A DNA stretch of 63,333 nucleotides, filler included. It is 9 parts of 9 records of this genome, joined end to end, with 100 filler letters (N's around TTAATTAATTAA, not from the genome) between each part and the next. Parts side by side here need not be neighbours in the genome. Positions count along the whole stretch, not along the records: positions 33,553 to 42,373 come from SRR31156797_26742; positions 42,474 to 47,599 come from SRR31156797_26758; positions 47,700 to 52,997 come from SRR31156797_26767; 6 more parts are not named here. One strand, 5' to 3'. This document shows positions 38,263 through 48,330 of the stretch, one piece after another. The first letter of the stretch is position 1. Each line of letters starts with the position of its first letter. The notes beneath the pieces were generated by a model. It made no database searches and was not told where the DNA came from. It was given only the letters and a program-made list of their open reading frames with translations. The position numbers were made by a program, and so were the translations under genes.

Positions 38263-41052
38263 ATGATGAAAAAGAAGAAATTTCTTATTTTCTCAATTAT
38301 TGCAGTATCATTATTAGCTGTTTCATGTACATCAAATGAGGCAAAGAAAGATAGTGTTGCTAAAACACAGGTGGTTAGTGGACAAACTTATACAATGGAC
38401 GGAAGTGACCTGGTATACTATGCGGAACCGGATCCATTAGAAGAAAATGAACTAAGAATCCATTACAAGAGAAATAACAATGATTATGACAACTACACTG
38501 TATGGGCATGGAACGACACTACTTGGGGAGGATCATCTTGGCCAAATGGTATCGAAAAATTAGGAGAAACTGAATATGGAGCGTATTATGATGTTCCATT
38601 AAAAGAGAATGCTGCTAATATTGGCTTCTTATTAGTTGATAAGACTGCAGGTGACGATGGGAAAGATGGAGGAGATAAATCATTTACTAAATTTGCAAAG
38701 TATAATCAGATATTCCTTCAAGAGGGAAATGAAACTGTATATGTAGGACAAAATAATGAGACAGCAGATGGACTTGAATCAGCAGCTTTAATTTCAAACA
38801 CAGAAATTTTACTTTCATTCACAAATGCTTCTGTAATAAAAGCTGAAGATTTACAGTTGAAAAACAAATATGGTTTATCATTAGCAATAGAAAATATTGA
38901 TGTTAAAAATGATAATGATATTCTTGTAAAAGCAAACTTAAGAGAAGTTGACTATCCTTATTCTATTTCACATGAGGGATTCAGCATTACACTTAATCCT
39001 GGAATAGCTTATTTTGATGGAATGCACGCTTATGCAGGAGATGATTTAGGTGCAAACTTCATGGCAGATGGAAGTATTAGTTTAAAAGTATGGTCTCCAA
39101 TGGCAGAGGAAGCATATGTAGTTATATTTGATAAAAATAATCCTACAGAGGAACTTGAAACTCTTGAAATGACAAAAGAAGATAAAGGAGTTTGGAGTGC
39201 AGAATTAGATGAAAGCGCAGAAGGTTACTTCTATCAATATAAATTTATGCATAAAGGAGATAAAGAGTATACTTATGCTTTAGACCCATATGCAAAATCA
39301 ATGGCAGAATTTAATGTAAACAGTGAAGCAAGTAATACTAACGAAATTGATCCAATAGGAAAGGCAGCTCTTATTAATCCAAGTAAAATAGGATATGTAG
39401 CAGGATTTGCTGATATTGAAGGATATGAAAAAAGAGAAGATGCAGTAATTTATGAAGTTCATGTGAGAGATTTTACTTCTCAAAAAGGATTGGAATTAGA
39501 TAATCAATTTGGTACTTACTCAGCATTAGTTGAAAAATTAGACTACCTGAAAGAGATGGGAGTTACTCATATCCAATTACTTCCTGTAATGGCATCTTAC
39601 TATGGAATGGAATCAAAAAATGCAATGAGAGAATGGGAATACTCAGCGAAAAACAATAACTATAACTGGGGTTATGATCCTCATAGTTACTTCTCTCCAG
39701 ATGGAATGTACTCAGAAAATCCAAAAGATCCGGCTCTTAGAATTAAAGAGTTAAAAGCATTAATTCAAGCTGTTCATGAGAAAGGTATGGGAGTTACTCT
39801 TGATGTTGTGTATAATCACTCGGCTAATCAAGAAATTTTCGAAAATGTAGTTCCTAGATATTATGGTTTTGCTAATGCAGATGGTTCACCTAAAAACAGT
39901 TTTGGTGGATTACAAATGGGTACAACACATGCAATGACTAGAAAACTTGTAGTTGATTCTATTAAATATTGGACAGAAGAGTTCAAAGTTGACGGATTTA
40001 GATTTGATATGATGGGAAGTACTGATGCAGAATCTATGCAAATGTCATACGATGCAGCAGTAGCAATTAACCCAAAAACTCTAATGATCGGTGAAGGATG
40101 GAGAACATTTAACGGAGATGCAGGAGTAGCAGGAGTAGTACCGGCAGATCAGGATTGGATGTCTACAACTGATGACGTAGCAGTATTCTCTGATGAGATA
40201 AGAAATGAATTAAAATCAGGATTTGGTAGTGAAGGTCAGCCTAGATTTATCACTGGTGGAGAAAGATCAATTAATACAATCTTTAATAACGTAAAAGGTC
40301 AACCAGGAAACTTCGTTGCAGATGATCCGGGAGATGTAGTTCAATATATCGCAGCACATGATAACTTACCTTTACATGATGTAATTGCTCACTCTATTAG
40401 AAAGAACTCTAATGAGCATCAAGGAGAGATTCAAAAAAGAATCAGACTTGGAAATACTATGATTTTAACAAGTCAAGGTATTGCATTTATTCATGCAGGG
40501 CAAGAGTATGGTAGAACAAAAGAATGGTTAGGTGAAGGAACACCTCAAGATAAATATACAGTAGTAGATGAAGCTAATCAAACATTTATTCATGATTCAT
40601 ATGATTCATCAGATAGAATTAACTACTTTGATTGGGATGCAATCAAAGCTGGTGGAAGAGGTCATGTTACAGCTGAATATACTAAAGGTTTAATTGACAT
40701 TAGAAGAAAAACTGATGCATTTAGACTTGGAACTAAGGAACTAGTTGACGCAAATGTTGAGTTAGTTTATCCTGCAGTAAACCAAAAATCAAAAATGATT
40801 GCATATAAAACTACAGCAACTAATGGTGAAGAGTACTATGTATTCATCAATGGATATGCTGAAGGTGAAGCTCCAAAAGACTCAAGTCTGGCAGCAGGAG
40901 AATTCATGCTTGCTACTGATCTTACATCAGCAACTGTAATTGCAGATGCTAATGAAGCTAACTTTGACGGTGTTAATGAACTTAATGGTGTAAAAGTGGA
41001 AGCTGGAAAAGTAGTAGTAGATCCATTAACAGCTGTTATTATCAAAAAATAA
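38263..41052 (+). CDS. pulA: Type I pullulanase (GH13) lipoprotein with N-terminal CBM41
   Basis: Lipobox LAVSC; CBM41-like LRIHYKR...VWAWND; YNWGYDP, DGFRFDMMG, IGEGW and YIAAHDN catalytic regions. Confidence 0.95.
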   Translation: MMKKKKFLIFSIIAVSLLAVSCTSNEAKKDSVAKTQVVSGQTYTMDGSDLVYYAEPDPLEENELRIHYKRNNNDYDNYTVWAWNDTTWGGSSWPNGIEKLGETEYGAYYDVPLKENAANIGFLLVDKTAGDDGKDGGDKSFTKFAKYNQIFLQEGNETVYVGQNNETADGLESAALISNTEILLSFTNASVIKAEDLQLKNKYGLSLAIENIDVKNDNDILVKANLREVDYPYSISHEGFSITLNPGIAYFDGMHAYAGDDLGANFMADGSISLKVWSPMAEEAYVVIFDKNNPTEELETLEMTKEDKGVWSAELDESAEGYFYQYKFMHKGDKEYTYALDPYAKSMAEFNVNSEASNTNEIDPIGKAALINPSKIGYVAGFADIEGYEKREDAVIYEVHVRDFTSQKGLELDNQFGTYSALVEKLDYLKEMGVTHIQLLPVMASYYGMESKNAMREWEYSAKNNNYNWGYDPHSYFSPDGMYSENPKDPALRIKELKALIQAVHEKGMGVTLDVVYNHSANQEIFENVVPRYYGFANADGSPKNSFGGLQMGTTHAMTRKLVVDSIKYWTEEFKVDGFRFDMMGSTDAESMQMSYDAAVAINPKTLMIGEGWRTFNGDAGVAGVVPADQDWMSTTDDVAVFSDEIRNELKSGFGSEGQPRFITGGERSINTIFNNVKGQPGNFVADDPGDVVQYIAAHDNLPLHDVIAHSIRKNSNEHQGEIQKRIRLGNTMILTSQGIAFIHAGQEYGRTKEWLGEGTPQDKYTVVDEANQTFIHDSYDSSDRINYFDWDAIKAGGRGHVTAEYTKGLIDIRRKTDAFRLGTKELVDANVELVYPAVNQKSKMIAYKTTATNGEEYYVFINGYAEGEAPKDSSLAAGEFMLATDLTSATVIADANEANFDGVNELNGVKVEAGKVVVDPLTAVIIKK

Positions 41053-41105
41053 TTTTTATTTTTACATAGTTTATAGTGTACTAGATTTTCTACATAACTT
41101 TAACC

Positions 41106-41138
41106 AAGTCGGGATTTTTCTTATAAATCCCGGCTTTA
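41106..41138 (+). terminator. Probable intrinsic terminator after pulA
   Basis: aagtcgggattt...aaatcccggcttt hairpin. Confidence 0.55.
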
Positions 41139-41198
41139 AATTTCGAAAAGAATGTGAAATAAATATTAAAAAATTTAAAATGATTAAAAAGGAGAATT

Positions 41199-42155
41199 AT
41201 GAAAATAATTAAATTATTATTATGTCTGCTTCTTGTGATGTTGGTAGGATGCAGTTCAGGGCAAAAAAAACATGAGGCTGTGGCAAAAGTAAAAGGGATA
41301 GAGGATTTTGGGATGAAAGCAATTTTAGTAAATGAGCAACATGATATGTTAGCAATTCACGTTGAAGATAAAGAGAGAAAAACGGAATTAGAGGAATACT
41401 TAATTAGAAATTTTACTGATTATCAATTACTGGAAATTGATAATCAATTATTATTGCTTGTAGGCGGTTGGTCTAATATGCTAGATGTCTTAGGTGAAAT
41501 GGATATCAATAAATATGCAAGTGATCATTTTGTATATTATACATATGAAGATATAGACAGAAGTAATGAGTTAGAGAGAATTTACCTAAATTTAACTAAT
41601 AAAATTTTACCTGATTATAAGGAAAAAGATGGGAAAATAAACTATGTAATATTACCAACGAATATTGGAGGTCCGATAGAAAGAAAAGGAGTTAATTTAA
41701 TAGTTGATCCTTGGGATTGCAGCTCTTCGCACTTTATTATTCGTCAATTAAGTGATATAAGAAATTATGCCTTCACAGTTGGGTATGCTCAGATGCATCA
41801 GCTTGAAGGGAATGGGATTATGAAAGAGCAAAACGTTAATTTAGTGATGAAAGAGTATTTTGAAAATGGAAATAGTGTTGATCTATTAGCGATGATAGAA
41901 GGAGGCTACAATAGAGAAGATTACTTATTTCATGCAATGGGTTCTTTTATATTCTATAATACAATAGTTATGGATAACTCAGATGAATTTGTTGCATTTA
42001 TGCATGAGTTGGAATATTCGGATAATCTATTTGAAGTAGCCGACAAATATGAAAATAATTTAAAACTGGATTTACGTGAAAATATTGCTGACTGGCAAGA
42101 ATGGGTTAAAACTGTTGATGAGAGTTCAGATATCTACATTAGTTGGGATGTGTAG
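41199..42155 (+). CDS. Hypothetical lipoprotein
   Basis: Lipobox LVGC, AGGAG RBS, 318 aa; no family recognised. Confidence 0.7.
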   Translation: MKIIKLLLCLLLVMLVGCSSGQKKHEAVAKVKGIEDFGMKAILVNEQHDMLAIHVEDKERKTELEEYLIRNFTDYQLLEIDNQLLLLVGGWSNMLDVLGEMDINKYASDHFVYYTYEDIDRSNELERIYLNLTNKILPDYKEKDGKINYVILPTNIGGPIERKGVNLIVDPWDCSSSHFIIRQLSDIRNYAFTVGYAQMHQLEGNGIMKEQNVNLVMKEYFENGNSVDLLAMIEGGYNREDYLFHAMGSFIFYNTIVMDNSDEFVAFMHELEYSDNLFEVADKYENNLKLDLRENIADWQEWVKTVDESSDIYISWDV

Positions 42156-42473
42156 ATTTTTAAGTTTACATTATAAGTTTATTTTAAGTATTTAATATTA
42201 ATATATTTGTTGTATCGTAAAGGGTATGGGGAATAACTTTAGCGACAGGTAAAGATATCGAAAAAGTTTCAAATGAATTTATGTCATGGCTTAGAGCCAA
42301 GCGTGACGACATGATGGGAGATAAAAAAATGATCAAATATTACTATAATGATGTGCATAAATTTTGGAAAAATNNNNNNNNNNNNNNNNNNNNNNNNNNN
42401 NNNNNNNNNNNNNNNNNTTAATTAATTAANNNNNNNNNNNNNNNNNNNNNNNNNNNNNNNNNNNNNNNNNNNN

Positions 42474-42619
42474 AGATACTTGATAAAAAAGATGAAATCT
42501 TACGTATGCTAGATGATGAAGAGTACTACACAGAAAGTGGCGATATAAATATAAGTAAGATAACACAAGAACTAAAGACAAGCAGAGCTACTGTTATGTC
42601 TGTATTAAATGGTGAGTGA
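42474..42619 (+). CDS. C-terminal fragment of a protein ending in an HTH-like segment
   Basis: ...GDINISKITQELKTSRATVMSVLNGE*; overlaps the hrpB start. Confidence 0.45.
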
Positions 42620-45155
42620 TTTATTGAACTTGCCTATCTATGATGTTTTAGATGACATCAAACAAACACTAAATCAAAACTCAACACTTATACTACAAGC
42701 ACCTCCAGGTGCAGGAAAAAGTACAGTTGTTCCAATCTCACTTTTAAATGAGTCTTGGCTTAACTCTAATGGTAAGCACAAGATGATTATCATGTTAGAA
42801 CCAAGACGAGTAGCGGCAAGAATGGTAGCACAGCAAATGGCAAAGCTACTAGGAGAAGAAGTAGGGCAAACTGTTGGTTATCAAGTTAGGATGGATAGTT
42901 GTAAATCAAAGGAAACTAAACTTCTAGTAGTAACAGAAGCAATCCTTGTGCGAAAACTACAAAGTGACCAAGCTTTAGAAGATGTAGGCTTAATCATCTT
43001 TGATGAGTTCCATGAAAGAAGTATTCATACTGATTTATCCCTTGCTTTGTCCTTGCAAGTACAGGAGTTACTAAGAGAGGATTTAAAACTTCTTATTATG
43101 TCTGCAACTTTAAATTCACAAGAGCTAACAAAACTATTAGGTAATGATGTTCCTGTTGTAAGCTCAAAGGGTAAAAGTTATGAAGTAGAAGAAGTGTTTT
43201 TAGATGCAAATATCAAACAGCCTGATTTTAAAACTATAAACACCATTTTATTAAATAGTGTACAAAAAGCAGTAAATGAAGATGAAGGTGATATTTTAGT
43301 TTTTCTATCGGGAGCTAAAGAGATAAATAGTCTACAAGAGCTTTTAAGTGAAAAACTAAAAGATAGAGAAATAGAAGTATTGCCTTTATATTCAAGTTTG
43401 AGTAAAGAGAAACAAGATAAGGCTATACTGAAGTCAAAGTCAAATAAAAGAAAAATCATCCTTTCAACAAATATTGCTCAAACCTCTTTAACAATAGAGG
43501 GTGTAAAAGTAGTAATAGATACAGGCTTAGAAAAGCAATCTTTTTATAACTACTCAAATGCAATGGACCATTTAGAACAGATTTTTATCTCACAAGACTC
43601 AGCTACTCAAAGAGCAGGTAGAGCAGGAAGACTAAGTAATGGAAAGTGCTATAAGTTATGGCATAAGGGTAAGATACTGCAAGAGTCAAGTAAACCTGAG
43701 ATATTAAGAACAGATTTAAGTTCCTTTTTACTTGAGGTTGCTCTTTGGGGTGAAGATATAAGTGAACTTAAACTATTAGATACTCCTTCACAAGAAGTTT
43801 TAGAAAGTACAAGAATAGTTTTACAAGAATTAAAAATGCTTGATGAGAAAAATGAGATAACAACTATAGGTAAAAAAGCATTAGCTTTAGGAGTTCATCC
43901 TAGGTTTGCATATATGATTTTAAGAGCAAATGAAATAGGCTTTGCCTATGAATCTTGCCTTTTAGCCTCACTTTTAGTTGAAAAAGATATTTTTAAAAAC
44001 AGTTTCCCAGATACAAATATATATTCAAGGTTCGTACACTTATATGAAAATGATATAGATAACTCTTTTATAAATAGATATAGAGCAAAAAATATTCTAG
44101 CAGGAGCAAGGTTTCTGTTTAGCAAGTTAAAAGCAGTACAGAGTATAGAAAAGCCAAATAAAAGAATAGATGAGCAGATTGTAGCTCTTTTAACTCTTTT
44201 TGCATATCCAGATAGACTTGCAAAGCAAAGAGGCAAAAATGATAATAGATACAAACTAAGTAATGGTAAGGGTGCAATTTTAAATAGTGAAGATACACTA
44301 TTTAATGAAATCTTTTTAGTAGTACCAAGTCTAAATGCAAAGAACAAAGACTCATATATAAGTCTTGCATCAAGAATATCTTTAGATACTATTTTAAAAG
44401 AGTTTGAAGATGACATAAATATCAAAAAGAGTATTACTTATAATAAGGATAATAAAAAGTTTGATATAAAAGAGCAATACTTCTTTTATGAGCTAGAACT
44501 TTTTTCAAAACCTATAAATGATGAAAAGCAAGACTTTTCAACTTTACTTTGTTCTCTTTTGAAAAAGGAGGGATTAGAGCTTTTACCATGGAGTAAAAAA
44601 GCAAAAGCCTTAAGACAAAGAGTAAACTTTATAAATGAAAATAGTGATTTAGAGTTTCCTAGTTTCAAAGAAGAGGATTTAAAAGAAAATATTTCTACAT
44701 GGTTAGAGCCATATTTACACGATATCAAAACAGTAAAAGAATTAGAGTCTTTAGATACATACTCTATACTACTTGGATACATTCCTTGGGATAAACAACA
44801 GCTTTTAGACACACTTGTTCCAACTCATATAAAAGTGCCTAGTGGTTCAAATATCAAAATAGACTACAGTGATAGTGCTACACCTGTTTTAGCAGTAAAG
44901 ATACAAGAGATGTTTGGGATGCATGAAACTCCAAAAATACTTAACAATAAAATAGCTCTGCAAGTTCATCTTTTAAGTCCTGCATTAAGGCCTATTCAAA
45001 TAACTTATGATTTGAAAAGCTTTTGGGAAAACTCATATGCTGAGGTTAAAAAAGAGTTGTTTTCAAAGTATAAAAAACACTATTGGCCTGATAATCCTTT
45101 TGAAGCAATTGCTACAAACAAAACTAAAAAGAATATAAAGGATAAGTTATCTTAG
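42609..45155 (+). CDS. hrpB: ATP-dependent DEAH RNA helicase HrpB
   Basis: APPGAGKST, DEFHER, MSAT and QRAGRAGR motifs; HrpB C-terminus LLSPALRPIQIT.DL.SFW..SY. Confidence 0.96.
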   Translation: MVSDLLNLPIYDVLDDIKQTLNQNSTLILQAPPGAGKSTVVPISLLNESWLNSNGKHKMIIMLEPRRVAARMVAQQMAKLLGEEVGQTVGYQVRMDSCKSKETKLLVVTEAILVRKLQSDQALEDVGLIIFDEFHERSIHTDLSLALSLQVQELLREDLKLLIMSATLNSQELTKLLGNDVPVVSSKGKSYEVEEVFLDANIKQPDFKTINTILLNSVQKAVNEDEGDILVFLSGAKEINSLQELLSEKLKDREIEVLPLYSSLSKEKQDKAILKSKSNKRKIILSTNIAQTSLTIEGVKVVIDTGLEKQSFYNYSNAMDHLEQIFISQDSATQRAGRAGRLSNGKCYKLWHKGKILQESSKPEILRTDLSSFLLEVALWGEDISELKLLDTPSQEVLESTRIVLQELKMLDEKNEITTIGKKALALGVHPRFAYMILRANEIGFAYESCLLASLLVEKDIFKNSFPDTNIYSRFVHLYENDIDNSFINRYRAKNILAGARFLFSKLKAVQSIEKPNKRIDEQIVALLTLFAYPDRLAKQRGKNDNRYKLSNGKGAILNSEDTLFNEIFLVVPSLNAKNKDSYISLASRISLDTILKEFEDDINIKKSITYNKDNKKFDIKEQYFFYELELFSKPINDEKQDFSTLLCSLLKKEGLELLPWSKKAKALRQRVNFINENSDLEFPSFKEEDLKENISTWLEPYLHDIKTVKELESLDTYSILLGYIPWDKQQLLDTLVPTHIKVPSGSNIKIDYSDSATPVLAVKIQEMFGMHETPKILNNKIALQVHLLSPALRPIQITYDLKSFWENSYAEVKKELFSKYKKHYWPDNPFEAIATNKTKKNIKDKLS

Positions 45156-45190
45156 AGTTTTTACAAACAATTATTGATTCACTAAATGTG

Positions 45191-45769
45191 ATGACTACCT
45201 ATGAAGCTATAGCCATGCTTTTAGCAATAGCTTATATACTACTTGCTATAAGACAAAGCCTTTGGTGCTGGCCTGCTGCATTTATATCAACACTTATTTA
45301 TACAATACTATTTTTTGATGTCTCTTTACTTATGGACTCAGCTTTAAATGCATACTATCTTATCATGGCAGTTTATGGTTGGTACTCTTGGAAATATGGT
45401 GGAAAACTACAAGAGCAAGAGCTTGAAGTATCAAGTTACGGTTTAATAAAAAATATAAAAATCATATTTGTATTAACTTTGATATCTTTATCTTTTGGTT
45501 ATGTAATGGCAAACTATACAAGTGCAGACTTTGCATATATTGACTCTTTTACAACTGTATTTGCTGTATTTACAACATATATGCTTGCAAAAAAGATATT
45601 AGAAAACTGGGTTTATTGGATTGTTATTGATGTAGTTTCTATTTATATCTATATTCAAAAAGGACTTAATCTTACGGCTATTTTATTTGTGATTTATACA
45701 GTTTTAGCCTTTGTAGCTTTTAAAAAGTGGAAAGAAGAGTATGACAAAAAAGCAACTACAACAGCATGA
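45191..45769 (+). CDS. pnuC: PnuC-family vitamin/nucleoside transporter
   Basis: YGWYSW, DSFTT and KKILENWVYWIVID motifs. Confidence 0.92.
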   Translation: MTTYEAIAMLLAIAYILLAIRQSLWCWPAAFISTLIYTILFFDVSLLMDSALNAYYLIMAVYGWYSWKYGGKLQEQELEVSSYGLIKNIKIIFVLTLISLSFGYVMANYTSADFAYIDSFTTVFAVFTTYMLAKKILENWVYWIVIDVVSIYIYIQKGLNLTAILFVIYTVLAFVAFKKWKEEYDKKATTTA

Positions 45770-46523
45770 TATCTTTGAAAATGAAAAGCTTTTAAGTCTA
45801 AAACTTCTTAAAAATCAAGGTTTTTGTAATATAAACTATCTACTTAAAACTTCAAAGAAGAAATACTTAGTAAGAGTTTTTAAAAATGATTCTACAGTAA
45901 ATATAAGTAGAGAGTTTGAGTTTAAAGTTCAAAAAAAAGCTTTTAAAAAAGGTATAGCAGGAAAGCCACTATTTTTAGATAACAATAAAACTTTTATGGT
46001 ATGCGAGTATTTAAATGGTGTTCATAAATATAAGTTATCAAAAAAAGAATTAAAAAATTTAGTAAAAACAATAAAAAAGTTACATAGTATAAAGGTGCAT
46101 ACAAAAGAGCTTGATTTAAAAGAAGAGTTAAAAAAATATAATCATCTAAGCAGTAAAAAAGCTAAAAAGAGTATATTAGCTTTAAATAAAGAGATAAAAA
46201 ATTTAACAGCTTATAAAAAACAGCTAGTTTGCTCTCACCATGATTTAAATCCAAAAAACATACTTTTTAATAAAAACAGAATCAAGTTTATTGATTGGGA
46301 ATATACATCAATTAGTGATTGTTTTTTTGATTTAGCAACTATTTGTTGTGAATTTGATTTAACTAAAAAAGAAGAAAGAATTTTACTCAAAACTTATTTT
46401 AGAAAAATAGTAAAAAAAGATATAAAAAAACTTGATTGTTACAAGAGTATCTATAATCAAATATGTAAATTGTGGTTTATAAGCTTAGAATATAACCAAG
46501 GAATTAAATGTCAGAAAAGTTGA
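45741..46523 (+). CDS. Choline/thiamine kinase-like (APH-fold) phosphotransferase
   Basis: QGFCNINY, HHDLNPKNIL and FIDWEY motifs. Confidence 0.85.
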   Translation: MTKKQLQQHDIFENEKLLSLKLLKNQGFCNINYLLKTSKKKYLVRVFKNDSTVNISREFEFKVQKKAFKKGIAGKPLFLDNNKTFMVCEYLNGVHKYKLSKKELKNLVKTIKKLHSIKVHTKELDLKEELKKYNHLSSKKAKKSILALNKEIKNLTAYKKQLVCSHHDLNPKNILFNKNRIKFIDWEYTSISDCFFDLATICCEFDLTKKEERILLKTYFRKIVKKDIKKLDCYKSIYNQICKLWFISLEYNQGIKCQKS

Positions 46524-47368
46524 AATCTATAGATAGAGGTGTTTTGTTTATGCTTTTAAGTTCTCTTTTTGGAGCACTTAACGGAGCAATAGCAAAAATA
46601 TTATCTGACTCTATGGATCCTGTAGAGGTGGTTTTTTATAGAAACTTACTAGGAGGATTGATTGTTTTATATAGTTTACAGAAAATAAAAGTCTCTTTTA
46701 ATCCTTCAAAAATTCACCTACTTTTCTTAAGAGGACTGTTTGGTGGAACTGCAATGGTTCTTTTCTTTTATACTATTTCTACAATTCCTTTAGGTGAAGC
46801 AGTTGTTTTAAATAAGACATCGCCATTTTTTGTAACTATTCTTGCATACTATCTTATGAAAGAAAAAGTTAATCTTCCTACTTTTTTTGCCCTTATTATA
46901 GGTTTTGTAGGAGTTGTCTTTATAATGAAACCTTTTGGTGTAGAAATATCAATAGACCATATTTTTGGTGTGTTAAGTGGGTTTTTCTCAGCAGCAGCAT
47001 ATGCCACAATAAAAAAAGTAAAAGATATCTATGATGCAAGAATAATCATGCTTTCATTTATGTCAATTGGTATGCTTATTCCTTTAGGGCTATTTTTATT
47101 TACACCATATGTAGAGTTTCAAATACATACAGACCCTTTTATTTGGTCTTTAATTGGTTTTATGGCAATAATATCTACAGGCTCACAATGGTTTTTAACA
47201 AAGGCATATAGTTTAAGCAAGGCTAGTATTATTGGGGTTGTTAGTTACACAAATATTCCATTTGCATTAGGATTTGGGGTTATGTTAGGAGATAAATTTC
47301 CTGATATTTATACGTTTGTTGGTATTGTTTTGATTGTAGTTGGGGGAATTTTAGTTAGTAAAAAGTAG
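46508..47368 (+). CDS. DMT/EamA family transporter
   Basis: About 10 TM segments; duplicated EamA pattern (SPFFVTILAYYLMKEKV). Confidence 0.9.
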   Translation: MSEKLKSIDRGVLFMLLSSLFGALNGAIAKILSDSMDPVEVVFYRNLLGGLIVLYSLQKIKVSFNPSKIHLLFLRGLFGGTAMVLFFYTISTIPLGEAVVLNKTSPFFVTILAYYLMKEKVNLPTFFALIIGFVGVVFIMKPFGVEISIDHIFGVLSGFFSAAAYATIKKVKDIYDARIIMLSFMSIGMLIPLGLFLFTPYVEFQIHTDPFIWSLIGFMAIISTGSQWFLTKAYSLSKASIIGVVSYTNIPFALGFGVMLGDKFPDIYTFVGIVLIVVGGILVSKK

Positions 47369-47372
47369 ATTT

Positions 47373-47398
47373 TATAAAGTAGCAAAAGCTACTTTATA
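47373..47398. terminator. Hairpin between convergent DMT and csp genes
   Basis: tataaagtagc-aaaa-gctactttata. Confidence 0.7.
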
Positions 47399-47406
47399 GT
47401 TTGGTA

Positions 47407-47599
47407 TTATAAAACAGTAACGTTTTCTGCTTGAAGACCTTTATCAGATTCACCAATTTCAAATGAAACTTCTTGACCTTCTTCTAAAGAAACTCTTCCA
47501 TATCCTGGGTTGTTGATTTGTCTAAAGTGAACAAATACGTCTTTTCCACCATCTTTTTGTTCGATAAAACCGAAACCTTTTTCACTGTTGAACCATTTT
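47407..47599 (-). CDS. Cold-shock protein (5' truncated; absent from ORF track)
   Basis: [25 protein letters not shown]...[11 protein letters not shown] with RNP1 and RNP2 motifs. Confidence 0.95.
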
Positions 47600-47699
47600 N
47601 NNNNNNNNNNNNNNNNNNNNNNNNNNNNNNNNNNNNNNNNNNNTTAATTAATTAANNNNNNNNNNNNNNNNNNNNNNNNNNNNNNNNNNNNNNNNNNNN

Positions 47700-48156
47700 T
47701 GACGAAGTACGTCGTCAGTTCCGCGAAATAAAAGGTATCCTTGATGGTACTGCTACGCCTGAGTATGCTAAATGTGTTGAGATTTCAACAAAAGGAGCTC
47801 AAAAAGAAATGTTGGTGCCTTCGCTGGTAGCCATCATTGTTCCGGTTATTGTTGGTGTTAGTATGGGGGTTGCAGGTGTTATTGGTCTTTTGGCCGGTGG
47901 TTTAACGGCCGGATTCACCTTGGCAGTATTTATGAACAATGCAGGTGGTGCATGGGATAACGCCAAAAAATACATCGAAAAAGGAAACTTTGGCGGTAAA
48001 GGTAGCGAAGCGCACCATGCAGGTGTAGTTGGCGATACTGTTGGCGATCCTTTCAAGGATACATCTGGTCCATCGCTTAATATTTTAATTAAATTAATGA
48101 CCATGGTATCAGTTGTAATGGCTGGTTTAACCGTAACCATTAGTTTATTATTCTAG
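47700..48156 (+). CDS. hppA: Membrane-bound ion-translocating pyrophosphatase, C-terminal fragment
   Basis: [21 protein letters not shown] and [22 protein letters not shown] motifs. Confidence 0.96.
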
Positions 48157-48178
48157 TAAACAATTTTAATCAATACAT

Positions 48179-48211
48179 AAAACCATCTGTCGGCAGGCAG
48201 GTGGTTTTTTT
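48179..48211 (+). terminator. Intrinsic terminator after hppA
   Basis: aaaaccatctgtc-ggca-ggcaggtggtttt followed by T-run. Confidence 0.75.
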
Positions 48212-48330
48212 GTTGAAGACGAAGATTATTTATGAACGATAAATAAAATTTAACTTTATTCTTGAACAAAGTATTTGGAAATGAAGTTATAGAACAAAAC
48301 GTGAGTTCTAATCAATAAAATAGAAATACC

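Noticed and set aside
42220-42373. Open frame at the contig end after the orphan lipoprotein
   Set aside because: Too short and truncated, with no clear start or family
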